Of a stretch of DNA of 13,729 nt, positions 6,668 to 13,729 are shown in pieces. The first letter of the stretch is position 1; each line of letters begins with the position of its first letter. Below the pieces are notes generated by a model. That model was not told the DNA's origin. It saw nothing but the letters and a program-made list of their open reading frames with translations, and did no database searches. This DNA comes from Candidatus Fervidifonticultor sextus (lineage in GTDB: Bacteria; Sysuimicrobiota; Sysuimicrobiia; Sysuimicrobiales; Humicultoraceae). A program made the translations under genes and the position numbers. Location: the NCBI GenBank assembly GCA_031459875.1, contig JAVKHQ010000031.1, forward strand, positions 1-13,729, in the 5' to 3' direction.

Positions 6668-7864
6668 CTATCCGTGATCTCCCCTCCAGAGCGCAGAGGC
6701 GGCGAGCAGCGCGCCGGCGCTCAACGCCGCGGCGCTGGCGATAAACGGCGCCTGCGGCCCTAACGTGTCCCACAGCAGGCCGCCCAGCAGCGGTCCGAGC
6801 ACCAGCCCCATGCCCTGGACCGTTTCTGAGGCCCCGACCGCCAGTCCCAGGCTGCCCTGTGGCGCGCGCTCGGTCACCAGCGCGAGCCACGCCGGCATCG
6901 TCAGCGCATAGGAACTCCCCAGCAGGATCCCGCCGGCGGCTAGCCAGGTCAGATGCCGGCTGAAGGGGATCAGCCACATCCCCAGCGCGCCGAGCACCGT
7001 GCCGGCGATGACCAGCGGCGCCCGGCCCAGGCGGTCGGCGATCCGGCCGGCCGGAATCGTGGTCAGGGCCACGGACGCGGTGATGACCAGGAACAGCACG
7101 CCGATGGCGTGCTCGGTCAGCCCCGCGACCTGCTTGGCGTAGATGGCCGCGATCGGCACCAGCAGGCCGGCACCGAACATCTGGACGAAGGCGATGAGGA
7201 AGAGCGCCAAGAGGACTGGGGAGGCGCGGAAACTGGCAGCGAGTGCTGCCGGAGAAGCCCTACGCGCCGGGTTGCCGTAGGCGCCGCGCGAGCCGGCGTG
7301 GCCGTCCGGGGGGTCGGCGGGGAGGAGGGCCCCAGTCAGCAGGGCGGCAAGCAGCAGGAGGCCGCTGGCCAGGTAGAACCCGGCGCGGAAGTCGCCGGCA
7401 AACCCGGCGACAAACAGGCCCAGGGACGGCCCGGCCGCGATCCCGCCGAGGAAGGCCAGGTTGAGCAGCGCCATGCCTGTGGCCCGCCGTTGTGAGGTGG
7501 TCACGTCCGCGACGGCGGCCGCCGCCGACGGCCACAGCGCGGCCGAACCCATGCCGTCTACCACCCGCAGCGGGACGAAGAGCAGCGGCGTGCGCAGGAC
7601 CGCCATGAGCAAGGGGGCGGCGGCGCTCAGGATCATCCCGATGATCATGACCGGCCGGCGTCCCAGCCGATCGGCGAGCCCTCCCCAGGCGGTCTTGAAG
7701 AAGGTCTCCACCAGCGCGAAGGTGGCGATGACCGCTCCGACGAGCTTCACGCTGGCGCCCAGGCGCTCCGTCAGGTACAGCGGCAGCAGCGGCAGGATGG
7801 TCGCGTAGCCGAGTTGCGCGATGGCCACGATGGCGACGATGCGCCAGACGGCCCGGTTGCCCAC
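6668..7864 (-). CDS. MFS transporter (DHA1/TetA-like drug:H+ antiporter type)
   Basis: 398 aa, about 12 TM. Motif A twice (GGLADRLGRR, GRIADRLGRA); ILPLLP near the N-terminus; GPLLGG. Confidence 0.92.
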   Translation of the reverse strand: MGNRAVWRIVAIVAIAQLGYATILPLLPLYLTERLGASVKLVGAVIATFALVETFFKTAWGGLADRLGRRPVMIIGMILSAAAPLLMAVLRTPLLFVPLRVVDGMGSAALWPSAAAAVADVTTSQRRATGMALLNLAFLGGIAAGPSLGLFVAGFAGDFRAGFYLASGLLLLAALLTGALLPADPPDGHAGSRGAYGNPARRASPAALAASFRASPVLLALFLIAFVQMFGAGLLVPIAAIYAKQVAGLTEHAIGVLFLVITASVALTTIPAGRIADRLGRAPLVIAGTVLGALGMWLIPFSRHLTWLAAGGILLGSSYALTMPAWLALVTERAPQGSLGLAVGASETVQGMGLVLGPLLGGLLWDTLGPQAPFIASAAALSAGALLAASALWRGDHG

Positions 7865-7871
7865 TACCCAT

Positions 7872-8639
7872 TCACCGGGGCGCCACCGGGCTCGCGCGGG
7901 AGGCAGAGAGACCGGCGCGCGCGGCCGCCGCCTTTGCGGCGCGGTGTTCCTCCTCGTCGGGCAGGGGGGCCAGGAGGACCTCCCCGTAGCGGCGCTGGAG
8001 GGCCAGCGCGATCAGGTGGTCGGCCAGCCAGGCGTTCTTGGGCAGCAGCGGGCCGTGCAGGTAGGTCCCGTACACCGTGCCGGACACGGCCCCCTCGGTC
8101 CGGTCCTGACCGTTGTTCCCGAAGCCCGCCAGCACGGTCCCCAGGGGACGCGCCCCCGGCCCCAGGTGGGTCCGACCGCCGTGGTTCTCGAATCCCACCA
8201 GCATCCGGCCGGAGGCGGCCTCCCGGACCACGATGTTGCCGATCAGCCGCGGCGCGCGCGGGCCCGGGTGCACCGTGTGCAGGTCCAGCAGACCCAGCCC
8301 TTCCAGATCGGGTCCCTCGGCGGGCCGGTAGAAGCGGCCCAGCAGCTGGTAGCCGCCGCACACGGCGAGGATGGCGGCCCCCGACGCGGCGGCCTCGTGC
8401 AGGGCCGGGCCCTTGACCCCCCGCAGGTCCGGCGCGGCCAGCCGCTGCTGGCGGTCCTCGCCCCCACCGATGAAGTAGAGGTCGCTCTCACGGGGGTCGA
8501 TCGGGTCGCCCAGCCGCGCCTCGGCCACGCGGACCGCGAGGTCGCGCCACTGCGCCCGGCGCACCAGCGTCGCGATGTTCCCGCGGTCGCCGTACAGGTT
8601 GAGCAGGTCCGGATAGAGGTGGCAGATCCGCAGTTCCAC
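7872..8639 (-). CDS. gatD: Lipid II isoglutaminyl synthase, glutamine amidotransferase subunit (CobQ/GatD type)
   Basis: HLYPDLLNLYGDRGN, GGGEDRQQ, catalytic AVCGGYQ, GFENH and TYLHGPLLPKN; lies 8 nt downstream of murT. Confidence 0.92.
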   Translation of the reverse strand: MELRICHLYPDLLNLYGDRGNIATLVRRAQWRDLAVRVAEARLGDPIDPRESDLYFIGGGEDRQQRLAAPDLRGVKGPALHEAAASGAAILAVCGGYQLLGRFYRPAEGPDLEGLGLLDLHTVHPGPRAPRLIGNIVVREAASGRMLVGFENHGGRTHLGPGARPLGTVLAGFGNNGQDRTEGAVSGTVYGTYLHGPLLPKNAWLADHLIALALQRRYGEVLLAPLPDEEEHRAAKAAAARAGLSASRASPVAPR

Positions 8640-8647
8640 GGCTAACC

Positions 8648-10063
8648 CTACTGCTTCCAGAAGCCGCGCACGTACCCCTTGCGGGCGAGGACCGCCCGCA
8701 GGTGGAGCATCGCCGTGTAGGTGGGCAGGATGTAGAGGCGCTCGCCCGCGCGCAGCAGGCCCCGCGCGCGCTCCATCGCCCGCGCACCATCGCGGTCCAG
8801 GACGATGCGGTCGGGCGCCACGCCGGCGTACTTGAGCCGCAGCGCCATCTCCTCGGCGCGCAGGCCGGTCACCACCACAGCCCGGGCGCGGTCGCGCAGC
8901 ATCTCGAAATCCACGTCCCACAGCCAGGAGATGTCCCGGCCGTCGGCGACTAGGTCGTTAATGGCGATGAGCACCACCGGTTCGGGGGCGGCCAGCAGGA
9001 CGGTCCGCAGCACCTCGTTGAACCCCGCGGGGTTCTTGGCCAGGAGGAAGAGCATCTCGCGGCCGTCCTGGATCACCCGCTCGCCGCGGCCGAAGGCCGG
9101 CGCGGTCGCCTCGATCCCCCGCAGGATGGTCTGGGCGTCGATCTCCAGGGCCATGGCGCCGGCGGCGGCGGCGGTCACGTCGTAGACGTTGTAGAGGCCC
9201 GGCAGGACGGTGGTGAGGCCCAGCCGCGCGCCGTCGAAGGCCAGGACCAGGCTTGAGCCGTCGGCGCCGTGGAGGCGGATGCCGCTGGCGCGCACGTGGG
9301 GGGCCGGCCGGCCGACCCCGCACTGCGGGCAGCGGTACCGCCCCATGTGGCCCAGCGTAACCAGGGTGTACTCGTAGAGTCGGCCGCAGCGGTAGCAGTA
9401 CCGCGCGTCCGCCGCGTGCTCCAGCGTGCGCGCCTCGTGGCCGTGCTCCGGGGCCTCTTCCAGCCCGAAGATCAGGGTGCGGCCGGCGAACCGGCCTCCC
9501 ACGTCGGCCACCAGGGGATCGTCGCCGTTGTAGACCAGGGTGGCGTCCTGCGGCATCGCGGCCAGCGCCCGGCGCCAGCGCTCCGCGACGAGGTCGATCT
9601 CGCCGTAGCGGTCGAGTTGGTCGCGGAACAGGTTGAGCAGGATGACCACCCCCGGCCGCGTGGCCTCCACCGCGCCAGGCAGGGTCGCCTCGTCCACCTC
9701 GAACAGCCCGATGGTCCCATCGACCCGGCCGCCCGGCGAGGCCCGCTCAATCAGGGCCGATGCGATGCCCGAGAGCAGGTTGGCCCCGGCCCGGTTGTGA
9801 ATGGTCTCGAGTCCGGCCGCTTCCAGGATGCCGCCGAGCAGACGCGCGGTGGTGGTCTTCCCGTTGGTGCCGGAGACCAGGACGACCCCGCGGGGCAATC
9901 GGGTGGCCAGGTCGGCGACGAGGCCGGGCGCCATCCCCATCGCCAGACGCCCCGGCAGCGTGGTGCCGCCGCCGGCCCGGGCGGCCCGGCTCGCCCAGGC
10001 CGCCAGACGCCCGGCGGCAATCGCCGTGGCTCGCCGAATCTTCCGTGACCCGAGGACCGACAC
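8648..10063 (-). CDS. murT: Lipid II isoglutaminyl synthase, Mur-ligase-like subunit with DUF1727
   Basis: GGGTTLPG, P-loop GTNGKTTT, FEVDE, NLFRDQLDRYGE, zinc finger CxxC...CxxC, LAKNPAG and DGRDISWLWDVDFE. Confidence 0.93.
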   Translation of the reverse strand: MSVLGSRKIRRATAIAAGRLAAWASRAARAGGGTTLPGRLAMGMAPGLVADLATRLPRGVVLVSGTNGKTTTARLLGGILEAAGLETIHNRAGANLLSGIASALIERASPGGRVDGTIGLFEVDEATLPGAVEATRPGVVILLNLFRDQLDRYGEIDLVAERWRRALAAMPQDATLVYNGDDPLVADVGGRFAGRTLIFGLEEAPEHGHEARTLEHAADARYCYRCGRLYEYTLVTLGHMGRYRCPQCGVGRPAPHVRASGIRLHGADGSSLVLAFDGARLGLTTVLPGLYNVYDVTAAAAGAMALEIDAQTILRGIEATAPAFGRGERVIQDGREMLFLLAKNPAGFNEVLRTVLLAAPEPVVLIAINDLVADGRDISWLWDVDFEMLRDRARAVVVTGLRAEEMALRLKYAGVAPDRIVLDRDGARAMERARGLLRAGERLYILPTYTAMLHLRAVLARKGYVRGFWKQ

Positions 10064-10119
10064 GCGCAGTAGAAATTCCGCCCAATCCGTTCTGATGACG
10101 GTGATTCGGCGCGTTCCTG

Positions 10120-11037
10120 TCAGAACCGCCGCGCCCCCAGGTAGCGCGGCGCGTAATAGGGATAGTCCATGGGGGTGATCGTCACGCGGCCGAACCCCGA
10201 CGAGGCGTGGATGAACCGCCCGTCGCCCAGGTAGATGCCGGCGTGCGACGGCCCTGGCGCGACGGTCTCGAAAAACACGAGGTCACCGGGCTGCAACTCC
10301 TCGCGGGCCACCGGCACGCCGGCGTCGAACATGGCGTACGTCGTGCGCGGGAGCTCGATGCCCATGCGCCCAAACACGTAGTACAGGAAGCCCGAGCAGT
10401 CAAAGCCCGACGGCGTCGCACCGCCCCATCGGTAGCGGACGCCGACCTGGCGCATGGCCAGAGCCACCAGGCCCGAGAACCACTGCTCGCCCCGCGAAGG
10501 CAGCGCCGCCAGCCGCGCGCGTGCGCCCCCCGAGGCGGCGACCGGTGTCCGCACCGGATCGCCGGCGGCGGGGGCAGCTGGCACCTTGAGGACCTGCCCG
10601 ACGGACAGGGTGGACTCGATCGAGATGCCGTTGGCGGCCGCCAGGCGCTCCGGACGGGTCTGGAAGCGCCGGCTGATGCCCCACAGGGTATCGCCCGGCT
10701 GGACGCGGTAGGTCTGGACGGCCGGCGACGCGTCGCGCTGCGCCCTGTCCGCGCCGGAGGTCCGCCCGGCGGCGGGAACCGGCACAGGCGCCACGGCCGC
10801 CGGGACTCTGAGCCGCTGACCGATGGCGAGGGTCGCGTCCACCTTGATCCCGTTGAGCGCGGCCAGGCGCTCGGGCCTGGTCCCGTGCCGGCGCGCGATG
10901 CGCCACAGCGTGTCGCCGGCCCGGACGGTGTAGGTCGTCAGGGCCGGCTGCGCCGCGGCCGCCGCGCCAGCCGGCAGGGGACGGGCCAGAAGACACGCGA
11001 GGGTGATAGCGGCAAGCAGAAGGGCATGTCCCTGCAC
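10120..11037 (-). CDS. Secreted peptidoglycan endopeptidase: signal peptide, 2x LysM, NlpC/P60 (C40)
   Basis: GGAGGTGA RBS and signal peptide. LysM repeats YTVRAGDTLWRIA and YRVQPGDTLWGIS. YRWGG..GFDCSG (Cys), SHAGIY (His) and FIHASS (His). Confidence 0.95.
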   Translation of the reverse strand: MQGHALLLAAITLACLLARPLPAGAAAAAQPALTTYTVRAGDTLWRIARRHGTRPERLAALNGIKVDATLAIGQRLRVPAAVAPVPVPAAGRTSGADRAQRDASPAVQTYRVQPGDTLWGISRRFQTRPERLAAANGISIESTLSVGQVLKVPAAPAAGDPVRTPVAASGGARARLAALPSRGEQWFSGLVALAMRQVGVRYRWGGATPSGFDCSGFLYYVFGRMGIELPRTTYAMFDAGVPVAREELQPGDLVFFETVAPGPSHAGIYLGDGRFIHASSGFGRVTITPMDYPYYAPRYLGARRF

Positions 11038-11080
11038 GAATCACCTCCCGGGGAGCAGTCCGGCCCGACTCGAGTCGGTC

Positions 11081-12001
11081 TTACACACTTTGCCCGCGAG
11101 GGAGGAGAACTCCTCCCTCGACCATCGTGCGCAGCCGCCGGATGCGATCCTCCACCGGCGGGTGGGTGTCGAACAGGCCGTTGAGCCACCCGCCCCACTC
11201 GCGCAGCGGGTTGACGATGTAGAGGTGGGCGGTCGCCTTGTTGGCCACCTCCAGGGGCTCAGGGTCCGCGCTGATCTTCTCGAGCGCGCTGGCCAGCCCC
11301 TCGGGGTAGCGCGTGAGCATGGCGCCCGAGGCATCGGCCAGGTACTCCCGCCGCCGCGAGATGGCCAGGCGCAGGAGGTGCGCGACCGGCGGCGCCAGGA
11401 CCGCCAGCACGAGCCCGGCCAGCACCAGCGCGCCTCCGACTGCTCCGCTGCGGCTCCCGCGGCGGCGTCCCCACCGCAGGCTGCGCAGCAGCCAGTCGGA
11501 GAGCAGCGCCACGAGCCCCACCATGACCGAGGCGACGGTGGCCAGCCGGATGTCGAGGTGCTGGATGTGCGCCATCTCGTGGGCGATGACCCCTTCGAGT
11601 TCCAGCCGGTCGAGCTTCTCCAGCAGCCCGGTGGTCACCGCGATGGCGGCATGCTCGGGATCGCGGCCGGTGGCCAAGGCGTTGGGCGCAGTGTCGTCGA
11701 TGACGTAGAGGCGGGGGACCGGCAACCCCGCCGCGATGGCGAGGCCTTCCACGGCGTTGTACAGATAGGGATACCGGTCCCGCGGCGCCTGACGGGCGCC
11801 GCTGAGCGAGAGCACGATTTGGTCGCTGTAATAGTACGATCCCCAGGCGCCGGCGCCGGCCAGCACCGCCGCGGCGGCGACGCCGACGGGTCCCAGACCG
11901 GTCAGCTCGCTCAAGACGTATCCGAGCGCGACCACGACGAGCACGAAGCCGGCGAACAACAGCCACGTGCCGCGGACATTCTGCTCGATGGCCTCGTACA
12001 T
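11081..12001 (-). CDS. htpX: Zinc metalloprotease HtpX (M48)
   Basis: Start MYEAIEQN; PNALATG, HEMAH (HExxH), SRRREYLAD, LASALEKI and FDTHPP; adjacent to lemA. Confidence 0.92.
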   Translation of the reverse strand: MYEAIEQNVRGTWLLFAGFVLVVVALGYVLSELTGLGPVGVAAAAVLAGAGAWGSYYYSDQIVLSLSGARQAPRDRYPYLYNAVEGLAIAAGLPVPRLYVIDDTAPNALATGRDPEHAAIAVTTGLLEKLDRLELEGVIAHEMAHIQHLDIRLATVASVMVGLVALLSDWLLRSLRWGRRRGSRSGAVGGALVLAGLVLAVLAPPVAHLLRLAISRRREYLADASGAMLTRYPEGLASALEKISADPEPLEVANKATAHLYIVNPLREWGGWLNGLFDTHPPVEDRIRRLRTMVEGGVLLPRGQSV

Positions 12002-12014
12002 GCCGCCGCTCGCG

Positions 12015-12569
12015 CTACCGGGCGAAGGACACCCTGACCGGCTGGCGGGCCTCCTCGTCCATCTCGAAGTACTCCCGGGGCCCGAAGCCCATCGCCTGGG
12101 CCAGCAGGACGGCCGGGAAGGCCTGCCGGGCGTTGTTGTAGCGCAGCACCGTGTCGTTGTAGAACTGGCGGGCAAAGGCGATTTTGCTCTCCGTGCCGCT
12201 CAATTCCTCCTGGAGCTGCATGAAGTTCTCGCTGGCCCGCAACTGCGGGTAGTTCTCGGCCACGGCGAAGAGGCTGCGCAGCGCCTGGGTGAGCATGTTC
12301 TCGGCCTGACCCTGCTCCCCGACGGTGCCCGCGGCGATGGCCCGGGACCGCGCCTCGGTCACTCGCTCGAACACCTCCCGCTCGTGCGAGGCGTACCCCT
12401 TGACCGTCTCCACCAGATTGGGGATCAGGTCGTAGCGCCGCCGGAGCTGGACATCGATCTGCGACCAGGCGTTGTCGATCCGGTTCCGGAAGACCACCAG
12501 GCGGTTGTACAGCACGATGACGTAGAGGATCACCAGGGCGAGCACGCCGAGGACGTAGAGCCCGACCAC
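12015..12569 (-). CDS. lemA: LemA family protein
   Basis: GAGGAGGTGA RBS before GTG 12569. N-terminal [36 protein letters not shown] and ARQFYND. Confidence 0.96.
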   Translation of the reverse strand: MVGLYVLGVLALVILYVIVLYNRLVVFRNRIDNAWSQIDVQLRRRYDLIPNLVETVKGYASHEREVFERVTEARSRAIAAGTVGEQGQAENMLTQALRSLFAVAENYPQLRASENFMQLQEELSGTESKIAFARQFYNDTVLRYNNARQAFPAVLLAQAMGFGPREYFEMDEEARQPVRVSFAR

Positions 12570-12661
12570 CGCGTCACCTCCTCGACCCGACTGGGCGGAT
12601 GGCATACCTCTTCTGCCCGCCGGTCCAAAACCCTAGTCTGGCTCTTGCGGCCCTGGGCATT

Positions 12662-12670
12662 TGCTATAAT
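12662..12670 (+). promoter_or_regulatory. Extended -10 promoter element (TGcTATAAT) for the DUF151 gene
   Basis: Perfect TGnTATAAT in the lemA/DUF151 divergent gap, 47 nt before the GTG start; no good -35 at 17-nt spacing. Confidence 0.65.
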
Positions 12671-12717
12671 GACGGCGAAGCCACATCGAGGTCGCTTTGC
12701 GGAGGGGGGAGTTCATC

Positions 12718-13227
12718 GTGCGCCAGATGAAAGTTCGGCGCGTTGCCCTCGATCAGCAGAACAACCCGGTGGTGCTGCTGGTGGACGAGGACGAAACCAT
12801 CGCGCTGCCCATCTGGATCGGCCAGGCCGAGGCCATGGCCATCGCCATGCGCCTGCAGGGCGTCCAGCCGCCGCGACCGATGACGCACGACCTCCTGCAG
12901 ACCGTGCTGGAGCAGCTCTCCACGGCCGTCACCCGCGTGGTGGTCAGCGATGTCCGCGACGCCACCTACTACGCCGAGATCCATCTGGCCCGCAACGGCG
13001 CCACCCTGGTCATCGACTCCCGGCCCAGCGACGCCATTGCGCTGGCGCTGCGCGCCGAGGCACCTATCTTCGTGGAGGACAAGGTCGCCGCGCAGGGCAT
13101 CGCGTTGCGCCGGATCGGCGACGGCGAAGAGCGGCCCGGGGAGGCGGAGGACGAACTCGACCCTCAGGAGTTCCGCAAGTTCCTGGAGCGGGTCAAGCCC
13201 AGCGACTTCAAAGGGACGGTACACTGA
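12718..13227 (+). CDS. Bifunctional nuclease family protein (DUF151 / BFN domain)
   Basis: GGAGGGGG RBS then GTG. LPIWIGQAEAMAI, PRPMTHDL, DSRPSDAIALALR and the C-terminal EFRKFLERVKPSDF typical of DUF151. Confidence 0.93.
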   Translation: MRQMKVRRVALDQQNNPVVLLVDEDETIALPIWIGQAEAMAIAMRLQGVQPPRPMTHDLLQTVLEQLSTAVTRVVVSDVRDATYYAEIHLARNGATLVIDSRPSDAIALALRAEAPIFVEDKVAAQGIALRRIGDGEERPGEAEDELDPQEFRKFLERVKPSDFKGTVH

Positions 13228-13278
13228 GCCGGAACGGGACGGCGCACTGAGCCGCAACGGGACGGTGCACTGAGCCGG
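13213..13278 (+). repeat. Three tandem ~23-bp imperfect repeats (GGGACGGYRCACTGAGCCG core) copying the 3' end and stop codon of the DUF151 gene
   Basis: 13213 GGGACGGTACACTGAGCCGGAAC; 13236 GGGACGGCGCACTGAGCCGCAAC; 13259 GGGACGGTGCACTGAGCCGG. Confidence 0.93.
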
Positions 13279-13280
13279 CG

Positions 13281-13729
13281 TCAGGCCGCGCCCGGTTCCT
13301 CCACAACGATCTCGATGGCCCGGGCCAGCCCCGCGGTCAGGCGCCGGGGTTGAGGCGCCCCTTCGAGCCGGACTTCCACGTGACGACCCGTGGACGTGAC
13401 CTCCAGGGCCACGCCCGGCAACAAGCCCGCCGCCGCCAGGTGGCGCACGACCCTGTCGTCGCGGTCGCTCACGCGCGCGATCACGCCGCGCTGGCCCAGC
13501 GTGGCGGCGGTCAGCGGACGGAGCGTCCGGGCCGCCACCGAACCGTCGCGGGCCGGGATGGGGTCGCCGTGGGGGTCCAGGTCCGGCTGGCCGAGCGAGG
13601 CCGCGATCCGCTCTTCCAGATCTTCCGAGATGACGTGCTCCAGCCGGTCGGCTTCCCCGTGCACCCGGTCCAGGCTGACGCCCAGCGCCCGGCTGAGGTA
13701 GAGCTCCAGCAGTCGGTGGTGCCGGATCA
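13281..13729 (-). CDS. DtxR/MntR/IdeR family metal-dependent transcriptional regulator (5' part outside window), with C-terminal FeoA-like domain
   Basis: IRHHRLLELYL, VHGEADRLEHVIS and DPHGDPIP dimerisation/metal-binding motifs, followed by an SH3/FeoA-like GLLPG domain; the frame is open to the window edge. Confidence 0.93.
   Translation of the reverse strand, partial: IRHHRLLELYLSRALGVSLDRVHGEADRLEHVISEDLEERIAASLGQPDLDPHGDPIPARDGSVAARTLRPLTAATLGQRGVIARVSDRDDRVVRHLAAAGLLPGVALEVTSTGRHVEVRLEGAPQPRRLTAGLARAIEIVVEEPGAA

Noticed and set aside
11038..11120. c-di-AMP (ydaO) riboswitch upstream of the NlpC/P60 gene
   Set aside because: The intergenic gap is only 43 nt and lacks recognisable ydaO consensus elements.
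2912..13273. Many long Arg/Pro/Gly/Ala-rich alternative ORFs (e.g. 2912..4882+, 10207..11184+, 11967..13250+)
   Set aside because: These are off-frame or antisense shadows of real genes, expected from stop-codon scarcity at high GC; no motifs.
13213..13278. 23-bp repeats as a mini-CRISPR array
   Set aside because: The units are directly tandem with no unique spacers and are unrelated to the array repeat.

Overview
High-GC bacterial chromosomal window (genus not identifiable from sequence alone). Left end (1-1460) is an accessory zone. It holds the 3' end of a CRISPR array with a 36-bp hairpin repeat ending ATTGAAGC (type I-G/I-U-like) and one duplicated spacer, running directly into a mosaic of small orphan or fragmentary ORFs, including an AlpA/excisionase-like fragment and an internally deleted IS630 transposase remnant. 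Next are a minus-strand tRNA-Glu(CTC) with a consensus sigma70 promoter and an M55 (DppA-type) D-aminopeptidase. A plus-strand cluster follows: SAM methyltransferase, an unusual GT2 glycosyltransferase-TM-PIG-L deacetylase fusion, an EamA transporter, and a pair of uncharacterised genes (lipoprotein + 110-aa helical protein). A long minus-strand cell-envelope run comes next (lemA, htpX, LysM-LysM-NlpC/P60, murT, gatD, MFS). The window ends with a divergent DUF151 bifunctional-nuclease-family gene whose 3' end is tandemly triplicated, and the 3' part of a DtxR/MntR-family regulator. No cas genes lie inside the window. All family assignments come from motif recognition, not database searches.
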